DNA of 64,000 nucleotides from Eledone cirrhosa (GCA_964016885.1 OZ024743.1:96410001-96474000), one strand, 5' to 3'; positions 1 through 14,222 are shown, counted from the stretch's first letter. Translations and numbers: made by a program. Notes: a model not told the origin generated them from the sequence alone.

Positions 1-516
1 CTAGTTCTATGATAATAATAATAATAATGAAAGTATTGTGTACAGTGCTCAGCTGCACTAATTCAAAACTGTATTTCAAAGTGTCTATATTCATTTAAAT
101 ACATTTCCTTCTAATTCTATATAAGACACAAGATTTAGAGAAACAGCTCAGCTTGTTAAATAGTATCAACATAAATACATTCACACACACACGTACACAC
201 ACGTACACACACACGTACACACACACACACACCAGGTGCATGACAGGCTTCTACAAAATTTTACAAAATTTCACCCATGACTAAAGTAGAAGATACTTGC
301 TCAAGATGCTATGCATTGGGACTGAAACTGATGTGACAGAGTTGTGAAATGACCTTTGTACCAACACAGTCATAGCTGACTCACTAACTACAGTTTTTAA
401 TTGATATCCAAGGCAGTAAATTGGGAAAGTTCTAATGTATGGCAAATGCCATTAGATATTTGTTCTGACACTATGCATTCTGAGCTCAAATTCTGCCATG
501 ATTAAATTTCCCTTAA

Positions 517-735
517 CCCTTTAGTATTTAAACCGGCTGTATCTGGCCAGAATTGTCTCACCTCTTTCTGTTCAAACTGATCGTAACTAACCACTCATAC
601 TGATGTTAAGGTATTGTTCTCAAAATAAATAATATAAAAATCTCATAGATTCGATATTATGTGAGATAATTGTGAGATACAGCCTTTACTACAAAAATAC
701 AATAGTAAATATAGAGCAATGTAAATGCTAAAGGG
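517..735 (+). mobile_element. piggyBac-type MITE (~220 bp), complete copy
   Basis: TTAA on both flanks (513-516, 736-739); terminal inverted repeats CCCTTTAGtATTTA...TAAATGCTAAAGGG; homologous copies at 28475, 39913 and 54554. Confidence 0.85.
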
Positions 736-3700
736 TTAAGCCAGAATTGTTAGTGTATGAGACAAGATGTTCTGTGGTATTTGGTTTGGGTTTTCGATTT
801 CTGAGTTCTTGAGTGGTAGACTGAATCCATCACCTGGATAAATAACTCAATCTGGTTCTTAGGTGAATTTGGGCCAGGTCTCTAGTTTTATATGAATGTT
901 TTATATGCTTCCTACCAGTCTCAGAAAGTTGTAAAAAATAAAAAGGATCATGATCGTTGTGTTTCCATCTCTGAAAAATGTTTAGATTACTTGTTGAAAC
1001 TGTTTCCCTAATGTTCACCATTCTTTTAGGAATGAGTAATAGCACCATAAATTTGGTTTTCATAAATTCTATGAATCAAATATCTATTTTTTTTTTTCAC
1101 TCTAACTTTTTTCCCATGTTTTTCTTATAAACTGCATTTTGATGCTCCTCTTTTGCTTTTGGAATTAATGAAACAACAGATGTGTTGGCAATAATTCATG
1201 TTAGGAAATTTCCCACCTGCTCTCAGCAAGTTGAGTATAAGGGATCCCTCTAATACTATCCCTCGTTAACTATGGGTTATACATAATAGAGTTACAATCT
1301 ATTTCATGATGGTTGGTAGGCCATGGTGCAGTTTAAACTTGGAATACAAAGGGCCAGAACAAATACTACAAGGCAATTTGTTTGGCACACTAATAATTAA
1401 ACTAGTCAACCATCCTAGAATGCAAAGAAACAATAAATACTGCAGAGCAGCTTATCAAATGTTATCCTACTTCTGTCAGTTTTCTGCCTTAATCTTTCTC
1501 TGCACCTTTCATCATCATCATTACTGTTTAACATCCATTTTTCCATGCTACCATGGGTTATACGGCTTGTCCATTTGAGGCAAGTTAGGTCCAGTGGCTG
1601 TGTCTTGCTCACATAGAACTGTTTCTGGCTTGGTTTCTACAGCTGGATGCACTTCTTAATGCCAATTTTTCTATATTAACTTGATATCTGGATGAGTTTA
1701 GGAAAACCAGACAATTGCATCAATTCTTGGAACAATTGTTTGAGAACATCATCTTTCTGTTTCCATGCTGGCATGAGTTGTGTGATTCATCATGGCCCAA
1801 GACAAAAAGGGTTAGATAAACATGCCTTGCTTGACCATTGTGGTAAATATGTAATTTTCAATACTTTTTAGCTAGTAGAGTTCCATGAGTGATGCAAAAA
1901 TAGCTCCTTCTTCTACAAATAGAGGGGTGGAATGGGGATGATCCTATGAAGCTGTATTATCCCTCATAGTTTGTTGATATTTATTAGTTAAAAAAAAAAG
2001 ATTATAATGCAATATTGCAATGAAGTATTTTATGCTAAACTAGATTTTCAATTTAAATTATGTATTTTTGGGGAGGTAAAACGAGTTTTAATATTTATTT
2101 TTATTAATTAGATGTCAGGTTATATTCCATTATAGCATTATGGCTAAATTTTGGTGGTAAAGGTTATGTAAATTCTATGGACGTTTTAATGCCATAGCTG
2201 GAATTGTTTCTGTGAAAAATGACTAAATTATTTATAACATTTCTCTATCTAATGAAAGCTGCTGGAAACAATAGGAATTGTTTTATTACAAACAATTTGT
2301 TTTTAGAACTGTTTTTAATGCAAATATGAGTTTGTTGGATTAGTTTTCTTTCTAATGCAGATGACTCCTTAAGACAGTAAGCCTGAAACCAATTTTCCAG
2401 TTAGAAGAAATGTTTATTGTCCAAATACATAAATCAATGTTTATGTTGGGTTTAAACTCACAAGTTGAACATTTAGCACCCTACCCTACAAAGGAAGATA
2501 AGATAATTAAATTGAAAGCAATTTTTCATTAGATACAATCTCACCGCAAGTAATTTTTGAAAGTTTGACTGGTGTGTAATTCTAAGGTTTAGAGTTTGAG
2601 AGAAACGGTATATAGTGGACAAAATATTTCATTGATTGGTTTAGGACTGTTGCTGTTAGCAACAACACGTTTTTCATTGAAAAAGAAGCACCATATTTTT
2701 TTAATGACATAAAACCAAAGATTCGCCTGCCTTATATACACCAAAGGTGTATATATCTTTAATGTACACAAGCCATGTATAAGTGTATCTGTATATAAAC
2801 TTCTTAACTCAAACTTAACTATAAGGGCACCCATGAAATATAGTTTATGATTCATCCAGGTTACTGCATGTTGTTAAGATGATTAGGTTGGGAGTGAATG
2901 ATACCAAGCCAACTTCAAGGAGCAGCAACTATAGCAGTAATGGTAGAAAAGACAAAGAGAGGAGACAGTATGTCTATGAGCAAAGAAAAAATTACAGCCA
3001 CATTCCAACAAGCAATCTCTCATGCTATCATAGATTCATTTATAATCACTGATCAGTATCAGTAAATTCAAAACCAACATTTGAAGATTCTATTTCAAAA
3101 ATAGCCGACAGAGTTAACTTCACCTATAGTTTGTTTTTGACTAACCGCACTGTATAAAAGACTAAAATTTCTGCATCAGTGACGATCCATTTTCTAAATC
3201 AGTGACTTCAGTCTGTATTGACAGCAGTGGAATTATATTCAAACTTGCACTTGTTGTTTTAGTAAAAATAAGAGATATTACTTTTAATGTGGGAACATAA
3301 ACTACTTGGTATCACTTTCTTTATTTAATTTATTTTGGCATTTGTCCCATTTCTGTATGTGTGAATGTATGCATTTACACATGTATGTAGCTAATTACTA
3401 TATCTGTGTATGTATATGGAACTCAGTAAACAGGTTTACATTAGAAATTTTAATAATCCTATTCTTGTAATTTCTATCGATTAGAAGTGGAAATATAATT
3501 TCAATATGATAATAGAGATATGGGATATATATTTTCCTCTTCATCTTACATCCATTTTCCAAGGTGGCATGGGCTGGACTAGTTGTTACATTTTAAGACT
3601 ACACAGGTGATATCACATCTTGTTCATATTTATATACATATATATATATATATACATAAATATATACATATATATACATATATACATATATATATATATA

Positions 3701-4020
3701 TCATCATCATCATCATCATTTTACATCCGCTTTTCCCTGCTTGCAAGGGTGGGATGGGTCCTATTCAGTACAGCATCTCTCCACTTGTCATGGTCCTTTG
3801 TCATCTCCACCGTGAGTTTCAGCGATCTGAGGTCTGCTCTCACTACCTTCGCCCATGTTTTTCATGGTCATCCTCCATTCGCATCACACGTCCATACCAT
3901 CTCAGTTTTCTCTCCTGCACACCACAACTTATCCCTCTTATGCCCAGTTTCTTTCTCAACTCGTCTATGCTTCGTCGTTCATGCACATTGACATTGCACA
4001 TCCAACAGAGCATGCTTGAT
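3701..4020 (-). mobile_element. RTE LINE family C, 3' fragment with internal deletion
   Basis: Minus-strand ORF segment SMLCWMCNVNVHERRSIDELRKKLGIRGISCGVQERKLRWYG; 3' end and (GAT)n tail match 18932-21196. Confidence 0.85.
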
Positions 4021-4521
4021 ATATGTATGCATGTATATATGCACACATAAGTCTTATAGCTCACTAGCAGCTTTGCAGAATACATACAATGCCTGAATGT
4101 TTTCCTAACACCAACCACCTTAAACATTTTACGGCATGTCTTTTTCTTACACCGGCTCTACCACTTAACAGAATGGACTGAATGCATTTTATTATAACAC
4201 CAGGACTAGAGAGATTGTCACAAGCTCTACTAGATGGAAGAGTCCTCTCAAATCCTATATTGTCTCTGTTCAATTGCCAAACACTGAATGATAGAATATT
4301 AACACAAAATAATTGTTTATTTTTACAGTAACTTTTTTATGGTCTATTTACATTTTCATTCATTCTAATAATATTGTTGTGTCTTAGTCCTTTACTTAAT
4401 ATGTAAGTGGAATACAGACCTTCTCTGGGACATTAGTGGCCCTGCTAGAGTACTGACTTGGTTTATATAGACCTGTCCAACCCTTGCAGGCAGGGGAAGC
4501 AGATATTAAATGATGACTTTG

Positions 4522-4586
<65 letters not shown>

Positions 4587-4796
4587 CTTCTCACACACAT
4601 ACTTACACCTTCACGCATTCTCCCACACACTTAAACAGGCATGTACAAAAAAAAAAAACCCTTTTAAAGGGAGACTACTCTTTATCCACCTAACCTTAAC
4701 TCTTTGATATTAGAGATAGAACAGATACTCTATACCATTTCCTGTTAGCATGACTTGGCAAGCTATTTAGAACACTGGTTTAACCGCTTTACTTCC

Positions 4797-4830
4797 CTCC
4801 GAAGAAGAGATATTATCTCGAAAATTAAGG
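4797..4830 (+). ncRNA. degenerate minimal hammerhead ribozyme motif upstream of the PLE ORF
   Basis: cct-CCGAAGA-a-gagat att atctc-GAA AATT A-agg; core has C in place of U4; same layout as the 60921 motif. Confidence 0.4.
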
Positions 4831-4983
4831 ACATTTAAATAAATTTAAGGTAAAATACTAATTGTCAACAATATCTTTTGCGTTTGCATTCTTTATTCTA
4901 TGTCCATACCTGCATTGTTTTGGCTTTATTATACATATACAAACGTTTATATATATATCTATTAAAGAGTTAAACAATATTCA

Positions 4984-6054
4984 ATGAGTATATCAAAGAA
5001 TGAGTTTTACAGTAGATTGGAAGTTAGACTGATTGCTCCATCGAAATCGGATATAGGAGTAATCAGTAAAAACATCATAGATAGAATATTACCCACTCTT
5101 AAATTGAGATCTAATTTGAGCTTATGGAAAGATGCAAACGAAGTCATAGAATGGTACAAGAATATAGAAGATAAGAAAAACCATAAATTCATCCAGATGG
5201 ACATTACTAGCTACTATTCTTCCATAACACCGAACCTTCTAAATAAGGCTCTTTCATATGCTTATAAGCATACTGATCTAACCACGGATGAAATTGATAT
5301 AATACTAACAGCCAGAATAACTCTTATTAACTTCAACAACGAATATTGGACCCGCTCAGATAGAGATAGAAACTTTGGTATCACTATGGAGGCATCCGAT
5401 TCCGTGCAAATCACAGATCTTCTGGGAATTTTCATATTAAATATGATAAATAGAAAACTGCCGGAGATTACCGGTGGTTTATATAGGGACGACATTTTAT
5501 TTACTGTGGTCAAACACAACAATATAGAACTAAATAGAGTAAAGAAAAGTATAATAGAATTCTTTAAAACGTACGACCTTAAATTAGAAGTAGAAAATGG
5601 TACCAAAATAGTTAATTTCCTAGACGTTACCTTTAACTTAAACACTGGCTTCTATTACCCTTTTCATGAGCCCAATGAAAACTTAAACTATGTTAGTAAC
5701 CATTCCAATCACCCTAGATCTGTAAAAAAAGCTATAGTAAATAGTGTGCAAAAACGAATCAATAAAATATCGGCCAATAAAGCTATATTCGATGAAAACG
5801 CTGAATACTACAACAACGCGTTAAAAAGAGCAGGACATATGAATAATATAGAATATGTAGATAATAATAATCCAAGTATTAATCTTAATAAAAATAATAA
5901 CATATATAAGAAAAACTCTAATAATTATAATTCAAACACCCATACGCCAAATAAATCTAGGATAAGAACTAGAACTAAATCAGTCATATGGTTCGCCCCC
6001 CCCCCCCACCACTTCGGTCGCAGTCAAAACACCAATTGCAAAATTATTCTTTAA
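4984..6054 (+). pseudogene. Penelope-like element reverse transcriptase (5'-truncated, frameshifted at the poly-C near 6000)
   Basis: PLE RT motifs FIQMDITSYYSSI, FGITMEASDS, GGLYRDD, VNFLDVTFNL, YVSNHSNHP. Confidence 0.9.
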
Positions 6055-6058
6055 CGCT

Positions 6059-9000
6059 TTGGACACCTCTTTCCCTACTCAACATAAATACCATTCCATT
6101 TTTAATAGACATACCATTAAATTCTCATATTCGACAACGATGAACATGGCCCAAAACATTGCCAAATTAAACACTAAAATCTTAAAACAAAACCAGCATA
6201 ATTATCTTAATAATAGAGTTAATATAAATGATACTAAACCAAAATATAATTGTAGAAATAAAACTGATTGCCCTTTGCGAAATAATTGTCTAAATAGTAA
6301 CTAGGTTTATAAATGCACCGTAAAAACTGATCACAACACATACAACTACAGGATCGACGTCTTCTACATTTAAAGCCAGATTTGTGAACCATAAATGCTC
6401 TTTCTCAAACTCCAAGAGGAAATCATCCACGTCTTTATCACAGCTCATCATCATCATCATCATCATCACCGTTTTACGTCCGTTCTTCCACGCTAGCATG
6501 GGTTAGACGGGTTGTCCTGTTGTGGGCAGTGTCTGGTCGGCTGACCATGCCTTGCTCATACAGGAACTGATCTGGCTTGATTTCTACAGCTGGATGCCCT
6601 TCCTAACACCAACCTCATTTACAGTGAGTGCTGGGTGCTTTTTCGTGGCGCCTACACGTCCACTTTACAGTGTGGGCTGGGTGCTTTTTTGCCGTGGCAC
6701 CTCCACGACCACCTTGCGGTGGGGGGGGGGGGGGGCATATTGTTTATATGCTTCAGCATGTACCCATGGGAGGTCGGGTACCCTGTATTACTGCGTGACG
6801 CCAGAAGTCACGGTCGTGTGTCATTGACTTTGAGAGGTGTAGTTGGGTAAGGTCGGCTTTTATCACCTCATCCCAAGTCATCTTGGGTCTCCCCACTCCG
6901 CGGTTTCCATCAACTTCTAGTGCTCTGCACCTTTTTATGCAGCTGTCATCCTTCATACGCATCACATGTCCATACCAGCGTAACCGCCTCTCCTGCACGC
7001 AGCATTTGATTCCTCTTATGCTCAGTCTCTCTCTCAATTCATTTATGCTTTGTCGTTCACGTATATTACTGTTACACATCCATCGGAGCATGCAGGCTTC
7101 GTTTCTCTCTAATCTACGTAAGTCTTCCACCTTCAGCGCCCAGGTCTCACTACCATGCAACATCGCTGTTCGGATACACGCATCATACAGTCTGCCTTTC
7201 ATTCTGAGGGAGAAGCCTTTTGCAGCTAGCAGTGGTAGTAGTTCCCTAAACTTCTTCCATCCCGTTCTTACCCTAGTTATTGTACTTTCTGAGCACCCAC
7301 CTCCGTTGCTAATTCGGTCACCTAGGTAGCAGAAGCTGTCTACTGTTTCTACAGGGCCCTCCCAGAGATTGGTGGTACTTGTTTCCTGTGGCTGTTTGCT
7401 TGCTGTTTCAGCACAGCTGCTGCATGTGAATCCTACATTCTTAATTAAGCTTCCTGAGATCCCGCTACATCTCTTGTGTACCCATTGTTTGCATTTGGGG
7501 CAAAGAATGGAGTTCCTACCTACACCTTTCCTACATACTGAGCAAGGCCATTTCCCTGAGGGGATCTGGGTTCTGTTTTCTCGTCTACTTATAAGGACCT
7601 TAGTCTTTGTCATGTTGACTTTGAGGCCCTTTCTCTCTAGTCCCTGCTTCCAGGTTTGGAATTTATTCTCTAGTTCTACCATAGATTCAGCTATGAGTGC
7701 GAGGTCATCAGCATACAGGAGTTCCCATGGGCATCCGGTCTTAAACTCCTCCGTTATTGCCTGCAGGACTATGATGAACAGGAGAGGGCTAAGAACAGAG
7801 CCCTGGTGGACCCCAACCTGTACGCTAAATTCCTCGCTATACTCATTGCCAATCCTAACTTTGCTGACTGCTCCCCTATACATGGCTTGTACCGCTTTCA
7901 CAAGCCATTCATCTACTCCTAGTTTTCTAAGAGCCCACCAGATTACTGCACGTGGAACTCTGTCAAAGGCTTTCTCAAGGTCGACAAATGCCAAGTAGAG
8001 TGGCTTACTTTTAGCTAGGTACTTTTCCTGTAATTGCCTCACAAGGAAGAGCGCATCAGTGGTGCCTTTCCCTGGAACAAACCCAAATTGCATCTCGTCT
8101 ATATTCACCCGGTCCCTAATCAGCTGTGCTATAACTCTTTCTGTTACTTTCATGACCTGGTCCATCAACTTTATACCTCTATAGTTTCCTCTATCTAGTG
8201 CATCGCCTTTACCTTTGTAGCAGTTGACAATGATGCTACTGCACCAATCTTTTGGTATGGCCCCCTCTAGTATTACCTGGTTAACGATACGTGTGGTTAT
8301 AGTGTGACCTACAGACCCAGATGCCTTCAGCATCTCGGCAGCTATACCCGATGGACCGGTTGCCTTCCCTATCTTCATATCTCTGATTGCCTTACTTACT
8401 ACGCTGCCGCTGACTTGTACTGCTGGTCCCTCTATAGGGTCTACGTGGGGTAGGGTCTCTTCTTCCCATGCATTCTCCTCATTTAGTAATCTATCATAAT
8501 GACTCTTCCATGCATCTTTCTTCTCAGCACTTGTGAGGGCAAGCTCACCTTTATCATTCCGGATACACTTCTCTCCAATGACATCACAACTATCTCTGAC
8601 ACACTGCCTCGCAATCTTGAATACCTCCTGTTTCTGGTCCTCACGTTGTAAAACATGCTTGAATTTTCTATCCTCTGCTTCCCTCCTAGCTAAGTATACT
8701 TGTCGCCTAGCTTCCCTCTTGGTCTCTATGTAATGTACCCTGCTCCCCCCGTTCTTCCATTCTTTCCATGCCTGTCTCTTGGCCTTGACTGCTTCATCTA
8801 CCTTGACTGCTTCATCTAGCTCATATGGTCATTAAAAGAGAGGAATTTAAAATACTCCATTCTTTGGACTAAACTTTGGAACTGTGGAGTTTACCGCAAC
8901 TCCAGTATATCAAATAACTGTGCACTCTGTACAATGGAGACCCTTTTGATTATTAATAACTATGAGACCCTAATTAACAAAAAAAGTGAATTATTCTCTA

Positions 9001-9080
9001 GTTGCCTCCACAAAGCTACGTCCACATTCTTAGCCTCCCACAAAACGAGAAAAAAAGAGAGAGAAACACTTAACCATTAA
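6059..9080 (+). pseudogene. PLE linker and GIY-YIG endonuclease, interrupted by an RTE insertion (6449-8817)
   Basis: CRNKTDCPLRNNCLNSN*VYKC..Y/GSTSSTFKARFVNHKCSF..SLSQL before the insert continues in frame after it as IWSLKE..CALCTME..LINKKSELFSSCLHK; stop at 9078-9080. Confidence 0.85.
6449..8817 (-). mobile_element. RTE LINE family A, 5'-truncated, open RT ORF (6753-8378)
   Basis: RT motifs QFGFVPGKGTTDA, FVDLEKAFDRV, GVHQGSVLSP, LLYADD; (GAT)n tail; TSD agctcat at 6442-6448 and 8818-8824. Confidence 0.95.
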
Positions 9081-9369
9081 AAACTTGGTTGTCAGACGTA
9101 TATAATCAACATAGAAAAACATTAATGGCCTTTAATATTGCATTATCTTATAATCTATTTATAGAAGAAATAACGCTTGAATGAAAAACACTTGTTCAAT
9201 AACATGCCGGAACATTGATATACATAATATAATATTATAATTATTAATTTTGATCCATACAATTATTTCTTTATTTCTCTATCTAAGGTTTAAATTTTAA
9301 TTTAATATCCAACCCATACATTTTTATGGAACTTATTTCTAACTGAATTTTTCATGTGTTTTTGATTAT

Positions 9370-9970
9370 TATTTATTTCGAACTATGAATAATTAATGCA
9401 TTTACACCCTGTTATATTGGTATATATTTAACTTTGCATGCCTCAATCTATTGTATTTTTTTCGTTATCATTTACCTAAAATATACTGGCTCATTAATAA
9501 ATATCTATATACATAATCGTTAATTAAATATTTCTAACAATAAGTACTTCATAAGATTTACATACCATAAGTTGACAATTGATTATCTTCCGTAAAGTTT
9601 ATATTTAGGAAAATATTCAACAGTGTAAACTTTCCTTGCTTTTCTTATATATATATATATTTATTTAACTATAACATGTTTCGAACCTTATTATATAAAA
9701 CTATAACCGTTATCATTTACCTAAAGTATACTGTATCAATAATACCTAATTTATATCAATAATACCTAATTTATATCCATATAAACCTCCATGTATCATT
9801 CTATACATAATTTTTAGTTAAATTTATTGATTATCATTTATTTTGAACTATGAATAATCAATGCATTTACACCCTTTTATATATACGTATATATTTAACT
9901 TTAGCATGCCTAAATCTATTATCTTATTTTTATTTTCGTTATCATTTACCTAAAATATACAGGCTCATTA

Positions 9971-10029
<59 letters not shown>

Positions 10030-10150
10030 ATAGTTATTTAAATATTTCTAACAATAAATACTTCATAAGATTTACATACTATATATGTTGACAATGAATA
10101 TCTCTGGTAAAACTTACATTTAGAAAAATATTCGACAGTGTAAACTTTAT
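9370..10150 (+). repeat. diverged direct duplication within the PLE 3' region (~465-bp spacing)
   Basis: gaactatgaataa.taatgcatttacaccc...gtgtaaacttt present at ~9380-9632 and ~9845-10148. Confidence 0.75.
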
Positions 10151-10620
10151 TTTCCGCTGGCCAGCTAAATCCTTTAAAAGTTATCCTCATAAAATTCCGA
10201 AGTTTAGAAATGTTAAAACACTTATTGAATTTACAAAACTAATAAATAACCTGCAATTTAAAAAAAAACCCCTAAAATCTTGATTCTTCACCCTAAAATA
10301 GCATAAATTAAATATTTTCAAACTTAACCGTTTAACTTTCGGAAAATCTCCTTCTACATATATTCCCTCTCTCTCTATATATTATCCCAGCGGCTCTCAT
10401 TGACCGCTTTCCCTGATAAATTGTAGTATCATACATTTTAAAATCTCTATAACTGTTACATTAAGCAACGTTTTTCTTACTCACACTTTCTCTATTGAAT
10501 TTATTACGTTTTCGCATTTTTTCATTATTAGGGTATAAATATTAAACTTTCTCTTAGGTTAATCACTACCTTGATTAAATCTTAACCATTTAACATCTCA
10601 GGGTATGTCATGTATCATTA

Positions 10621-10675
10621 TATTTTGTCTGATGAGGACGTACTGTTGTACATCTGAAATATGTATAATAAAATG
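10621..10675 (+). ncRNA. minimal type-I hammerhead ribozyme at the PLE 3' pLTR
   Basis: tattttgt-CTGATGA-ggacgtac tgtt gtacatct-GAAA tatgta TA^ataaaatg; stems I and II pair. Confidence 0.8.
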
Positions 10676-10721
10676 TAATTGATAAAAAGAACATGTATTT
10701 TATTAATATTTGTATTTTAAT

Positions 10722-11141
10722 ATCATCATCATCATCATCATCAACGTTTAACGTCCGTGTTCCACGCTTGCATGGGTTTGGACGGGGGTAGTCCCACTTG
10801 AGGCAAGAGTGATTGTCTTGCTCGCATAGGACTGTCTGGCAGGTTTTCTACAGTTGGATGCCCTTCCTAACACCAACCACATTTACAGTGTGGGTCTGGG
10901 AGGTTTTTACCGTGTTGCCTACACGGCCACATTACAGCGTGGACTGTGTGTTTTTTTGTCGTGACACCTACACGATCTCATTTGTTTCGGCCTGGATGGC
11001 GCGGCACCAACATAACTTTACATAGAACGGGGTGGTGTGGATGGGGTGGGGGTGGTGGCGGGACGGGGTGTAGTTTGTTAGAGATGCCTACTGGCAAGGC
11101 GGGTCTTCTCTGTTACTGAGTACCGCCAAAGGTCACGGTCC
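10722..11141 (-). mobile_element. RTE LINE family B, 3' end
   Basis: Near-identical reverse complement of 13340-13790 with a short deletion; (GAT)n tail. Confidence 0.9.
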
Positions 11142-11237
11142 AGATAGATATAGATAGATATAGATATATATATATATATAGATAGATATATATAGATAGA
11201 TATATATATATATATATATAGATATATATATAGATAT

Positions 11238-11553
11238 TCCATTTTACCATTTTATGTCCACTTTTTCCCTGCTTGCAAGGGTGGGACGGGAACGGATTTT
11301 GGCTTGATTTATACAGCTGGATGCCCTTCCTAACACCAACCTCATTTACAGTGAGTGCTGGGTGCTATTTTGCCGTGGCACCTCCACGACCACTTTGCAG
11401 TGGAATGATATGGGCCCCTGTCCCTATCATCTCATTTCTACAGCTGAGTAAACTGGAGCAATGTGAAATAAAGTGTCTTGCTCAAGGAAACAACACATCA
11501 CCCAGTCTGAGAATTGCAAGGCCAATGCTCTAACCACTAAGCCATGTGCCTCC
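11238..11553 (-). mobile_element. tRNA-derived CORE-SINE with RTE-derived tail
   Basis: Reverse complement of the 32999 copy; deletion in the tRNA head; 14-nt head duplication at the 5' junction. Confidence 0.85.
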
Positions 11554-11569
11554 ATTGCTCTAACCACTA

Positions 11570-11604
11570 TATATAGATATATATATAGATATATATAGAT
11601 ATAT

Positions 11605-11670
<66 letters not shown>

Positions 11671-12283
11671 ATATTTATATATATATTATTATATATATAT
11701 ATATATTATTATATATATATATATATATTATTATATATATATATATTATTATATATATATATATTATTATATATATATATATATTATTATATATATATAT
11801 ATATTATTATATATATATATATATATTATTATATATATATATATATATATTATTATATATATATATATTATTATATATATATATATTATTATATATATAT
11901 ATATTATTATATATATATATATATTATTATATATATATATAGATATATTATTATATATATATATATATATTATTATATATATATATATTATTATATATAT
12001 ATATATATTATTATATATATATATAGATATATTATTATATATATATATATATATATATAGATATATTATTATATATATATATATATATATAGATATATTA
12101 TTATATATATATATAGATATATTATATATATATATATATAGATATATTATTATATATATATATAGATATATTATTATATATATATATATAGATATATTAT
12201 TATATATATATATATATATAGATATATATATATATATATATTATTATATATATATATATATATATATATAGATATATTATTAG

Positions 12284-12315
<32 letters not shown>

Positions 12316-12327
12316 ATATATATATAT
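11570..12327. repeat. compound (TA)n/TTA/GA microsatellite
   Basis: Direct inspection. Confidence 0.95.
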
Positions 12328-13790
12328 TAAAAGTTGGCGTCCATCAGGGCTCTGTTCTCAGCCCACTACTATTTATTATTGCCCTTCAGGCTATAACAGA
12401 GGAGTTCAAGACAGGCTGCCCATGGGAACTCCTATACGCAGACGACCTGACACTCATAGCGGAATCAATGGCCGAGCTAGAGAAGAAATTCCAAACATGG
12501 AAGCACGGCCTAGAGTCAAAAGGACTTAAAATTAACCTGGCTAAGACCAAAGTACTATTTTGTAGGAAAGAAAACAAGGCGGCGGTCCCTTCTGGGAAAT
12601 GGTCATGCTCGGTGTGTAGGAAAGGCGTAGGTAGAAACTCCATTTTATGTCCTAAATGCAAAGTATAGGTGCATAAAAGATGTAGTGGGATCACAGGTAA
12701 TCTAACTAAGAACATAGATTTCACATGTGGCCGGTGCTCTGGTGCAATAAGTAGCAGCAAGTGCCCACAAAATACTAGCTCTTTCAATTGCGCAGAGGGT
12801 TCTATAGAAATAGTGGACAGCTTCCGTTACCTGGGCGATAAAATCAGCAGTGGGGGAGGGTGCTCTGAAAGTACTGTAGCTAGAGTCAGAACTGGTTGGA
12901 AAAAGTTCAGAGAGCTTATACCACTATTAGCTGCTAAAGGGTTCTCACTAAAAATGAAAGGCAGGTTGTACGATGCCTGCATACGAACAGCAATGCTGCA
13001 TGGCAGTGAGACCTGGGTATTGTGTGCAGAGGATATACGCAGACTAGAGAGGAACGAAGCTTGCATGCTCCGCTGGATGTGTAACAGTAATATACGTGAA
13101 CGGCAAAGCATAAACGAACTAAGGAAAAAATTAGAGATAAGAGGGATCAGATGTTGTTTACTCGAGAGAAGGCTACGTTGGTATGGACACGTGATGCGCA
13201 TGAAAGTCGATAGCTGTATAACAAAGTGCAGGGCAATAAAGATAGACGGTAGTCACGGAATAGGCAGACCTAGAAAAACCTGGGACGAGCTGATAAACTC
13301 CGACATCACACACTTACACCTCTCCAAGACAATGTCACTGGACCGAGATCTTTGGCGGTACTCAGTAACAGAGAAGACCCGCCTTACCTAAATATATAGT
13401 AAAACCTACTCCAGCCAGTAGGCATCTCTAACAAAATACACCCCGTCCCGCCACCACCCCCACCCCATCCACACCACCCCGTTCTATGTAAAGTTATGTT
13501 GGTGCCGCGCCATCGAGGCCGAAACAAATGAGATCGTGTAGGTGTCACGACAAAAAAACACACAGTCCACGCTGTAATGTGGCCGTGTAGGCAACACGGT
13601 AAAAACCTCCCAGACCCACACTGTAAATGTGGTTGGTGTTAGGAAGGGCATCCAACTGTAGAAAACCTGCCAGACAGTCCTATGCGAGCAAGACAATCAC
13701 TCTTGCCTCAAGTGGGACTACCCCCGTCCAAACCCATGCAAGCGTGGAACACGGACGTTAAACGTTGATGATGATGATGATGATGATGAT
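12328..13790 (+). mobile_element. RTE LINE family B, 5'-truncated within RT
   Basis: GVHQGSVLSP..LLYADD; TGG>TAG stop at 12666; ORF 12669-13391; (GAT)n tail; (TA)n on both flanks. Confidence 0.95.
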
Positions 13791-13947
13791 ATATACAGAT
13801 ATATATATATATATAGATATATTATTAGATATATATATATATATAGATATATTATTAGATATATATATATAGATAGATATATTATTATATATATATATAT
13901 ATATCGATATATTATTATATATATATATATATATATAGATATATTAT

Positions 13948-13986
<39 letters not shown>

Positions 13987-14167
13987 ATATATATATATAT
14001 ATATAGATATATTATTATATATATATATAGCTATATTATTATATATATATATAGATATATCATTATATATATATATATTATTATATATAGATATATTATT
14101 ATATATATATATATAGATATATATATATATATATTATTATATATATATATAGATATATTATATATAG

Positions 14168-14222
<55 letters not shown>

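Noticed and set aside
830-1063. Possible host exons (also ~33727-33785, 58490-58612, 62281-62390, 62920-63055)
   Set aside because: Plausible splice-like signals or open frames, but no recognisable protein similarity or consistent exon chain; needs RNA-seq or BLASTX
6883-7998. ORFs antisense to RTE RT (also 12386, 19096, 19591, 49335, 51131)
   Set aside because: Shadow frames of the LINE coding strand with no independent motif
11028-11070. G-quadruplex-like G-runs
   Set aside because: Simply the antisense of the C-rich RTE-B 3' UTR present in every copy; no locus-specific significance evident
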